From: Candidatus Nanoarchaeia archaeon | Lineage (GTDB): Archaea > Nanobdellota > Nanobdellia > SCGC-AAA011-G17 > JAFCDX01 | DNA: 64,000 nt | NCBI GenBank assembly: GCA_041651575.1 | Contig: JBAZJB010000001.1 | Span: 74,430-138,429, forward strand | Direction: 5' to 3' | In this document: piece after piece, positions 56,952 to 64,000 of the stretch | How the letters are laid out: every line of letters starts with the position of its first letter | Numbering within the stretch: position 1 is the first letter of the stretch | The notes under the pieces: model-generated | The model's input: only the letters and a program-made list of their open reading frames with translations | What the model was told of the DNA's origin: nothing | The model's database searches: none | Program-made: the position numbers and the translations under genes

Positions 56952-57517
56952 AATCAGATATAATAATAACAGGATACGGAGGACAAGGAGTTTTAACAAT
57001 TGCAGAAGTGATAGCAAAAGCTGCTTTAAGTCAAGGATATAATATTTCACAGACAGAATTACATGGACTTGCTCAACGTGGAGGTTCTTTACAATGTCAT
57101 ATAAGAATTTCTGATAAAAAAATAAATTCTGAATTAATTTTGGTTGGAAGTGCTGATTTAATAATAGCTTTAGATCCTTTAGAAGCATTAAGAGCTTGTT
57201 ATTGGGCAAATCCAAACACAACAATCTTAATTAATTATAAAACTTCTAAACCTTATCTGGTTGAAGAACTTTCTCCAGAAGGATTAATAACTAAAATTAA
57301 AAAATTCTCAAAGAAAATAGAAATTGTAAAAGCAGACGATATCGTTCAAAAGTTAACAGGAAATATTATGGACGCAAATACTTATATTTTGGGTTATGCT
57401 TTAAAGAAAAAGATTTTAATTTTGAATAAAGATAAAATTTGGAAGTCAATAACTGATAAGATTAGACCAGAATTCATAGAAAGCAATAAAAAGGTATTTG
57501 AAACAGCATTAAAATAA
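56948..57517 (+). CDS. iorB: Indolepyruvate:ferredoxin oxidoreductase subunit beta
   Basis: 'IIITGYGGQGVLTIAEVIAKAA' pyruvate-oxidoreductase gamma-like domain. 4-nt overlap with iorA. Confidence 0.65.
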   Translation: MKSDIIITGYGGQGVLTIAEVIAKAALSQGYNISQTELHGLAQRGGSLQCHIRISDKKINSELILVGSADLIIALDPLEALRACYWANPNTTILINYKTSKPYLVEELSPEGLITKIKKFSKKIEIVKADDIVQKLTGNIMDANTYILGYALKKKILILNKDKIWKSITDKIRPEFIESNKKVFETALK

Positions 57518-57537
57518 TTTTTAATAGGGGGTGAAAA

Positions 57538-58314
57538 ATGTATTCGGAAGAGCAATATAAAAAAGCATTTGATTTGAGAAAAGAAGGTTTTACATATAAT
57601 GAAATAAAAGAAAAACTTAATCTTTTATCACTAAACGCAGCATATGGTTGGATTAAAAAAAGAAATCTACCGCGCGGATCATTTTTAAGTTCTGATGCTA
57701 AAAAATTATCTCCAGAACTGGCTTATATTTTGGGGGTAATTCAAGGTGATGGATATGTTTCTATTAGTAGAACAAAAGGCTGTGCAAAATTAGAAGCAAA
57801 AGACAAAGATTTCGTAAAAAATTTTAAAAATAAATTAAGTAAATGGTCCGGACAAAAATCTTATTTTAATCTAAGAAAAGACAGAAATTTATATACGGCA
57901 ACGCTTAATTCATTAAGGGCATCACAATTTCTTAAAGATTTTAATATTTATAATTTATCTAATACTAAAAAAGATATAAAAATCTCTTTTTTAAGAGGGT
58001 TATTTGATTCAGAGGGGGGAGTATCAGGTTATAATTTAAGCACTCCTAGAACTGCTACGAGATTTATAGCTTTTTATAATACAGATAAAGATTTAATATT
58101 CCTTGTTAAGAATATGTTAGAATCTTTAGGAATAAGAGTTCAAAATATAGATAAAAGGATTAAAAGTGGTTTTTCTACTAATACTCTGCTTTTTAGACTT
58201 AGGATAGGTGGAAAAGAGAATTTAGAAAAGTTTAATAATACTATAAGGTTTTCGATAAAAAGAAAAAATAAAAAACTTGAAGAAGTTTTAAGGAGTTATA
58301 AGAAAAATGTTTAA
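57538..58314 (+). CDS. LAGLIDADG-family homing endonuclease-like protein (free-standing) with N-terminal HTH-like region
   Basis: Motifs 'LAYILGVIQGDGYVS' and 'FLRGLFDSEGGVS' about 90 aa apart. Confidence 0.55.
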   Translation: MYSEEQYKKAFDLRKEGFTYNEIKEKLNLLSLNAAYGWIKKRNLPRGSFLSSDAKKLSPELAYILGVIQGDGYVSISRTKGCAKLEAKDKDFVKNFKNKLSKWSGQKSYFNLRKDRNLYTATLNSLRASQFLKDFNIYNLSNTKKDIKISFLRGLFDSEGGVSGYNLSTPRTATRFIAFYNTDKDLIFLVKNMLESLGIRVQNIDKRIKSGFSTNTLLFRLRIGGKENLEKFNNTIRFSIKRKNKKLEEVLRSYKKNV

Positions 58315-59401
58315 AAAATTTAATAAATTTAGTATAATTTTCTTATTTATTATTCTTTTATTTACTCCTTGTTTGGTTATGGCTGAACAGAATGTAGACT
58401 TATACTTCTTTTACGGAAAATCCTGTCCACATTGTGCAAATATGGAAGTTTTTTTACAAGATACACAAAAAGAATATTCTAATTTAAATATTAAAGAATT
58501 TGAAATATATTTCAATGAGAAAGATAGAGAATATTTACAACAATTAGCAACAGCGTATGGAACTAAAGTTGAGGGTGTTCCAACAATTTTCATTGGAGAT
58601 AAATTCTTTGTAGGAGAATCTCAAGAAGTTAAAGATGGAATAATAGAACAAATACAGAAATGTTCTCAAGAAAAATGTGAAATAAAACAAGAGCAACAAA
58701 CAGGAATATGGGAAAAATTAACAATACCTGCGGTTATTTCTGCTGCTGCAGTTGATTCAATTAATCCATGTGAATTTGCAGTATTAATTATTCTATTAAC
58801 TACAATTTTAGTTGCTGGAAAAAAGAAAAAAGCATTATATGCAGGATTGGCATTTAGTGCTGCAATGTTTTTATCATATTTAGCAATGGGTTTTGGTTTA
58901 TATTCCGCAATACAATATTCTGGAATTACACATATTATTTACATAATCGTTTCTGTATTAGCAATTTTAGTTGGATTATTTAATTTGAAAGATTATCTTT
59001 GGTATGGTAAATGGTTTATCATGGAAGTTCCTTTATCCTGGAGACCTAGAATGAAAGGTCTTGTTAAAAGTGTAGCTTCTATTCCTGGTGCTTTTGGTAT
59101 GGGTTTAGTAGTTAGTTTATTTTTATTGCCTTGTACTTCTGGTCCTTATATTGTTATACTTGGATTATTGGCTAAAGCAGCAACAAGAGCAAATGCAGTT
59201 CCATTATTATTACTTTATAATTTGATATTTATTTTACCTATGTTGATTATTACTCTTGCAGTTTATTTTGGAATTACTACAACAGAAAAAGCAGAAGAAT
59301 GGAGAACAAGAAAATTAAGAACTTTACATTTAATTACAGGTTCAATTATTTTATTATTAGGTATTGTAATGTTAGCCAGTGTTATTTTTGGATGGCTTTA
59401 A
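58307..59401 (+). CDS. Thioredoxin-fold (CPHC) domain fused to CcdA/DsbD-like disulfide-transporting membrane domain
   Basis: Signal peptide. 'FFYGKSCPHCANMEVFL' Trx/DsbA-like. TM domain with paired Cys 'SINPCEFAVL' and 'LLPCTSGPYIV'. Confidence 0.6.
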   Translation: MFKKFNKFSIIFLFIILLFTPCLVMAEQNVDLYFFYGKSCPHCANMEVFLQDTQKEYSNLNIKEFEIYFNEKDREYLQQLATAYGTKVEGVPTIFIGDKFFVGESQEVKDGIIEQIQKCSQEKCEIKQEQQTGIWEKLTIPAVISAAAVDSINPCEFAVLIILLTTILVAGKKKKALYAGLAFSAAMFLSYLAMGFGLYSAIQYSGITHIIYIIVSVLAILVGLFNLKDYLWYGKWFIMEVPLSWRPRMKGLVKSVASIPGAFGMGLVVSLFLLPCTSGPYIVILGLLAKAATRANAVPLLLLYNLIFILPMLIITLAVYFGITTTEKAEEWRTRKLRTLHLITGSIILLLGIVMLASVIFGWL

Positions 59402-60072
59402 TTTTTATTAACTAGTTTAGATAGTTCAGCTATATTTTCTGGTTTATTTCTTTTTTTAATATGGTGTCTTAGTCCCTCTATTATTACAGGAAGTAAAGAA
59501 ACAAAAATTATTCCAACAATTACTGCACTATAATTTTCTCTTACAAAAGGAAGATTACCAAAAAAATAACCTAAAGAAACAAAACCAGTTGCCCACATTG
59601 CAGCCCCAGTTATATTATAAAAACTAAATCTAGAATATTTCATTTTTGCTATACCTGCAACAAAAGGAGCAAAAGTTCTAACAATTGGAACAAATCTAGC
59701 AATTATAATTGTTTTTCCACCATATTTTTCATAAAAATGATGAGTTTTATCAATGTATTCTTGTTTAACATATTTTTTTCTTATTAATAAATTTCCAACA
59801 TGTTTTCCAAGGTAATAGTTTATTATATCTCCAAGTACTGCTGCTAAAGTTAATACTATAACTAAATAATAAGGATTCAAAACTCCTTGTGCTGCTAATG
59901 TCCCTGCTGCAAAAATTAAAGAATCTCCTGGTAAAAAAGGAGTAAATACAAATCCTGTTCCTAAAATTATTAAAAATAATAAACCATAAATGAATGTTCC
60001 ATATTTAAACGTCCACACTATTAAATTATCATCCATATGTAATACAAAATGAATAATTTGTGAAATTATCAT
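59398..60072 (-). CDS. DedA/SNARE-associated family membrane protein
   Basis: 'ARFVPIVRTFAPFVAGIAKM' family motif. Confidence 0.6.
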   Translation of the reverse strand: MIISQIIHFVLHMDDNLIVWTFKYGTFIYGLLFLIILGTGFVFTPFLPGDSLIFAAGTLAAQGVLNPYYLVIVLTLAAVLGDIINYYLGKHVGNLLIRKKYVKQEYIDKTHHFYEKYGGKTIIIARFVPIVRTFAPFVAGIAKMKYSRFSFYNITGAAMWATGFVSLGYFFGNLPFVRENYSAVIVGIIFVSLLPVIIEGLRHHIKKRNKPENIAELSKLVNKN

Positions 60073-60193
60073 ATTTCTTACTTTTAGTATAAATATATAA
60101 ATTTATGCTATCAAAATGCTTATAAACTGTAGAACTCAACTTAAAGTCTTGAGGGGTGCAAAAAAGAGGTGATTACTCTTTATTTATTCTAAC

Positions 60194-60211
60194 AAAACTT
60201 TTATAAACAAT
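60194..60211 (+). promoter_or_regulatory. Promoter 18-mer CAAAACTTTTATAAACAAT (TATA 24-32 nt upstream of ATG 60231)
   Basis: The identical 18-mer recurs at 60493-60510, upstream of the permease gene. Confidence 0.45.
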
Positions 60212-60230
60212 ATATACATACTTTTTCTTA

Positions 60231-60470
60231 ATGAAAAATGTTGATGAATTAAAGAAATTTTCTGTATATCCCGTTATTATAACTTATTACACTACTGGAA
60301 TAGATACAGCTATTGCTGCTTTTCATAAAGAAGCTTATAATGTATTTGAAAAAACTGAAGAACTTGCTATTAAAAAAGCAACCACTAAATTTAAAAAAGA
60401 ATTCCCAGATAAAACAATTGATAGAATTGGGATAGGTATAAGCACTAGATTAGAGGATTGTTTATTTTAA
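60231..60470 (+). CDS. Hypothetical small protein
   Basis: ORF only. Confidence 0.25.
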   Translation: MKNVDELKKFSVYPVIITYYTTGIDTAIAAFHKEAYNVFEKTEELAIKKATTKFKKEFPDKTIDRIGIGISTRLEDCLF

Positions 60471-60492
60471 ATAAGTTTTAATTCTATATATC

Positions 60493-60510
60493 AAAACTTT
60501 TATAAACAAT
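60493..60510 (+). promoter_or_regulatory. Second copy of promoter 18-mer, followed by SD-like AGAGGTG (60531-60537)
   Basis: Exact repeat of 60194-60211. Confidence 0.4.
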
Positions 60511-60542
60511 TTAAACTAATTAAATCTTAAAGAGGTGTTAAA

Positions 60543-61667
60543 ATTAAAGATAGAACTTTATTACTTGAAGCAATAGCTACTATCACAGGATGTGTTATTG
60601 GAGCAGGAGTTCTTGGAATACCTTATGTTGTTGCAAAAGCAGGATTTTTTACTGGTTTAGTTGATATAATTTTAATAGGAATTTTAATTTTAATACTTAA
60701 TTTTTATTTAGGAGAAGTTGTTTTAAGGACAAAAGGAAAGCATCAGTTAACTGGTTATGCTAATAAATATCTTGGTGAAAAAGGAAAATATTTGATGTTT
60801 TTTGCTTTATTGATTGGAGATTTAGGTGCATTAATTGCTTATTTGATTGGTGAAGGAAAATCTTTATCAACTTTACTTGGAGGAGACCCATTATTATGGA
60901 GTTTTATTTTCTTTGCAATTGGATCTTTTTTAGTATACAAAGGAATTAAAAGCATAGCCGAATCAGAATTTTTAGTTTCAGGTTTAATTTTAGTAATAGT
61001 TGTAGTAATAGGGATATTTTCATTTAGTCATATTTCAACTGCAAATTATACTGGATTTGATATTAAAAATATTTTTATTCCTTATGGAACTGTGCTATTT
61101 GCTTATTTAGGATTTTTAGCAATACCTGAAGCTCACGAAATTCTAATAAACAAAAGAAAATTATTTAAGAAAGCAATTATGATTGGATTAGCAATTCCTG
61201 CAGCAGTTTATATTTTATTTCCTTTAATTATTATAGGGGTTACTGGAGTAAATACAACCGAAATTGCAACAATTGGATTAAGTGATCACATCGGTAAAAT
61301 TGGTTTTGTTCTTGGTAATTTATTTGCTGTTTTTGCAATGTTTACTTCATTTTTAGCAATATCTTTAGCATTAAGAGAAGTTTTAAATTATGATTTCAAA
61401 GTAAAAGAAGATTTATCTTTTTTATTTGCAACGTTTTTACCATTATTTATTTTTTTGATTGTTAGAAAATTTGCTAGTTTTAATACTGTTTTAAATTATG
61501 CAGGAGCTTTATCTGGTGGATTTACTGGATTAATGATTTTACTTATGGCAAGAAAAGCAGAAAAACTTGGAGATAGAAAACCAGAATATAAAATAACTAA
61601 AAATGTCTTTGTAATGGGGGCAATAGCAATAGCATTAATCTTAGGAATAATCTTTGCAATAATATAA
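60543..61667 (+). CDS. Amino acid permease-family transporter (N-terminus extended upstream of the track ORF; probable non-ATG start)
   Basis: The frame is open from 60531. Upstream in-frame translation 'IKDRTLLLEAIATITGCVIGAGVLGIPYVVAKAG' is the conserved first TM of APC-family permeases. There is no ATG/GTG/TTG between the stop at 60528 and 60792, but there is an ATT at 60543, 5 nt after an SD-like motif. Confidence 0.5.
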   Translation: MKDRTLLLEAIATITGCVIGAGVLGIPYVVAKAGFFTGLVDIILIGILILILNFYLGEVVLRTKGKHQLTGYANKYLGEKGKYLMFFALLIGDLGALIAYLIGEGKSLSTLLGGDPLLWSFIFFAIGSFLVYKGIKSIAESEFLVSGLILVIVVVIGIFSFSHISTANYTGFDIKNIFIPYGTVLFAYLGFLAIPEAHEILINKRKLFKKAIMIGLAIPAAVYILFPLIIIGVTGVNTTEIATIGLSDHIGKIGFVLGNLFAVFAMFTSFLAISLALREVLNYDFKVKEDLSFLFATFLPLFIFLIVRKFASFNTVLNYAGALSGGFTGLMILLMARKAEKLGDRKPEYKITKNVFVMGAIAIALILGIIFAII

Positions 61668-61668
61668 A

Positions 61669-62568
61669 ATGTTATGGATAATTTATTCTTTAGCTTCTGC
61701 TCTTTGTACTTCTATTTCTTATTTGCTTAGGAAAAAAACTTTAATAAAAGAACATTCAATTCAGTTTTTAACGGTTTTTAAATTCTTTGAAGGAGTATTT
61801 GTTTTATTATTAGTTCCTTTTGTAAATTTTAATTTACCCATTTTTGTATATGTATTACTATTTTTAATTTCTTTAATAGGATTAGAGGCAGATATTTTTG
61901 ATACAAAATCTTTAAAACATTTAGAAATTAGCAATGTTTTTCCTTTAAAGAATTTAAGTCCTTTGTTTTTAGTTATTATTTCTTATATTTTCTTAGGTGA
62001 AAAATTAGTTTTATTACAGATAATTGGAATTATTATTTTAATCTTTGGAACTTATGTTTTAGAATGCAATGGTAATTTACTTAATTATCAATATTTTTTT
62101 AAAAGAGTAAAACATTCTAGATATTTACAATATGCTTTTTTAAGTTTAGTTTTGGTTTCATTTTCGGCAATTGGAGAAAAATATACTTTTAATAAACATC
62201 TAGTGGATCCTTTAACCATTTTATTTTTTATATATACTTTTATGGCAATTGAAATGTTGATAGTTCAAATATTCTTTCCAAAAGAGAAAGAGCATAAGAA
62301 TCCAATCAAAGAAATTTTTGATACTTTAAATAGGGCAAGATGGCCAATTTTTGTTTCTGCTTTATTTGGATTACTTGCAGCAGCTTTTTATTATTTAGCA
62401 ATACAAATTGCACTAGTTTCTTTGGTAATACCTCTTAAAAGATTATCTACATTAATAACAACGGTTTTAGGTGGAGAATTCTTCAAAGAAAAAAATTTAT
62501 TCTTTAGAACTTTAGCTTGTCTTATTATGTTATTTGGATTATATTTGATAGTTCATCCTATGATATAA
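61669..62568 (+). CDS. EamA/DMT-like 10-TM transporter
   Basis: Hydrophobicity pattern of two 5-TM repeats. Weak. Confidence 0.35.
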   Translation: MLWIIYSLASALCTSISYLLRKKTLIKEHSIQFLTVFKFFEGVFVLLLVPFVNFNLPIFVYVLLFLISLIGLEADIFDTKSLKHLEISNVFPLKNLSPLFLVIISYIFLGEKLVLLQIIGIIILIFGTYVLECNGNLLNYQYFFKRVKHSRYLQYAFLSLVLVSFSAIGEKYTFNKHLVDPLTILFFIYTFMAIEMLIVQIFFPKEKEHKNPIKEIFDTLNRARWPIFVSALFGLLAAAFYYLAIQIALVSLVIPLKRLSTLITTVLGGEFFKEKNLFFRTLACLIMLFGLYLIVHPMI

Positions 62569-62600
62569 AACTTTAAATATTAAAAGAATTTAATTATAAT

Positions 62601-63494
62601 ATGAAAAAGAGCCTGATTTATGCGTTTGCTTTTTTATTCTTAATGAATTTAGTATTTGCTCTGGATTGGTCTAATATTACTGCTAAAGACTTAGGGTTTA
62701 TAGATGCTGGACAAAAAGTTGTAGAAAATGGTAAAACTATTACTTTGGTAAGTACTGGAGGAACAAAAGCAATATTCAATGTGGATGGAGAATTAAAAGC
62801 AATTACAACAGATGGAGTTGTTTCTGGGGTTTGGATTGCAGTTGATGGAGTATTTGATGATCCTGCTAGAGCAATGGTAAAAATTTATGTTCCTTTTAAT
62901 TGCGGAGATGCTATTTGTGATGATAATGAAAGTTATAGAAATTGTTGCACTGATTGTAATTGTAGTAAAAAATCTGAATCATGTATTTCAAATCAATGTT
63001 CTGATAAATCTTTAAACAAATGTGAATTTGATTGGGATTGTTCTGATAATATTTCTTGTACAAAAGATACTTGTGAAGGAAGTCCAGCAGAATGCAAATT
63101 TGTTAAAATAACCGAATGTAAAAAAGCAGATGGTTGCTGTCCTGCAGGATGTATTTACCAATATGATAAAGATTGTCCAAAACCAGACCAGTGTAAAACA
63201 GATGTAGATTGTGATGATAAAAGTCCATGTACAATAGATTATTGTGCAGGAGATCCAAGAAAAGTATGTATTCATAATTCTACAGAAGAAGGTTGTGGAT
63301 TAGAAGGAAAATGTGTTCCTATAGGTAGTATAACAAATAAAACTTATTGTGAAAATATAACTTGGGTTGAACAAAAACAAGATTTAGAAAATTGTACAAA
63401 AAGTTATGAATGTATTAATTCTTGTTCTAATGGAATATGCAAACAATTAGGTTTTTTTGATAAAATAATTAGTTTCTTTAAGAATTTATTTTAA
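62601..63494 (+). CDS. Secreted Cys-rich repeat protein
   Basis: Signal peptide. Repeated 'DC.D...C T.D.C.G' modules (DCSDNISCTKDTCEG, VDCDDKSPCTIDYCAGD). Confidence 0.45.
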   Translation: MKKSLIYAFAFLFLMNLVFALDWSNITAKDLGFIDAGQKVVENGKTITLVSTGGTKAIFNVDGELKAITTDGVVSGVWIAVDGVFDDPARAMVKIYVPFNCGDAICDDNESYRNCCTDCNCSKKSESCISNQCSDKSLNKCEFDWDCSDNISCTKDTCEGSPAECKFVKITECKKADGCCPAGCIYQYDKDCPKPDQCKTDVDCDDKSPCTIDYCAGDPRKVCIHNSTEEGCGLEGKCVPIGSITNKTYCENITWVEQKQDLENCTKSYECINSCSNGICKQLGFFDKIISFFKNLF

Positions 63495-64000
63495 TAATTT
63501 TTTTAATATTTCTTGAACTTTATGAGGTTCTGCTTGTCCTTTAGTAATTCTCATAACTTGTCCTGCAATAAATTGTAAGGATTTTTCATTTCCATTTTTA
63601 TAATCGTCTGCTGCTTTTTTATTCTCAGAAATTGCTTTCTTACATATTTCTTCAAGTTCTTTTTCAGAAGAAACAACTTTAATTCCTTGTTTTTTAACGT
63701 ATTCTTTTGGAGAAAATGGTTTTTCTATTAATTGTTCAATAATTCTTTGACCGACTTGTTCTGTAATTTGTTTTTTCTCAATTAATTCTAATAATTCAAT
63801 CAAATGTGTTTCGTCAATTTCTAAATCGTGTAAATCTAATTTATTATAAGCAACAACTCTCATTAATTCACGTTTTAACCATTTTGCTGCTAATTCTGGA
63901 TTAATTTTCTTAGCAACTTTTTCAAATAAATCTGCAAGTAAATATTCTGAAGCAATTACTTCTGCATCTTCTTTTTTAATATTATAAATTTTTATATATT
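63486..64000 (-). CDS. gatB: Asp/Glu-tRNA amidotransferase subunit B (GatB/GatE C-terminal region; gene continues beyond window end)
   Basis: The GatB/YqeY tail 'NGNEKSLQFIAGQVMRITKGQAEPHKVQEILKKLL'. The reading frame is open upstream to the window edge (…ADLFEKVAKKINPELAAKWLKRELMRVV…). Confidence 0.6.
   Translation of the reverse strand, partial: YIKIYNIKKEDAEVIASEYLLADLFEKVAKKINPELAAKWLKRELMRVVAYNKLDLHDLEIDETHLIELLELIEKKQITEQVGQRIIEQLIEKPFSPKEYVKKQGIKVVSSEKELEEICKKAISENKKAADDYKNGNEKSLQFIAGQVMRITKGQAEPHKVQEILKKLLK

Overview
This is an AT-rich (roughly 27-30% GC), densely coding window that looks archaeal. The evidence is class III (KK[AGS]-hydrophobic) pilin signal peptides, SecD/SecF, the archaeal tRNA methyltransferase aTrm56, indolepyruvate oxidoreductase IorAB, BRE/TATA promoters about 25-35 nt upstream of start codons with mostly leaderless genes, and intron-containing tRNAs. 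The streamlined salvage metabolism (adenine phosphoribosyltransferase, methylthioadenosine phosphorylase, a DNPH1-like hydrolase) and the many surface proteins suggest a small-genome lineage such as the DPANN archaea, but I cannot confirm that without a search. In order along the window: (1) a surface-glycan biosynthesis cluster (1-11.9 kb) with two GT2 transferases, a sugar aminotransferase/acetyltransferase/dehydrogenase trio, a flippase and a GT-C membrane transferase, unusually interleaved with four radical SAM enzymes, three of them B12-binding; (2) toxin-antitoxin-type cassettes (wHTH-MNT/HEPN/wHTH, and RelE-like) plus housekeeping genes (TatD, pseudouridine synthase, APRT, SecDF, aTrm56); (3) a family of large Cys-rich cell-surface proteins carrying MopE-like 'CDGxDNDCDxxIDE' repeats, PKD/LamG domains, C-terminal TM anchors and dense N-glycosylation sequons, together with a fused DsbA-CcdA-like disulfide reductase; (4) an 11-gene type IV pilus (Tad/Epd-like) operon with seven pilin-like genes that all start 'MNKKA', a FlaI/TadA-like ATPase and two half-size platform proteins; (5) three tRNA genes, of which one is a 136-nt pre-tRNA with unresolved intron(s) and one is tRNA-Thr with a non-canonical intron, flanking a free-standing LAGLIDADG endonuclease ORF, with a second LAGLIDADG ORF after iorAB; (6) a nucleotide-scavenging group (DNPH1-like hydrolase and a secreted PLD-family nuclease). 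No CRISPR array, rRNA or obvious integrated mobile element was seen.
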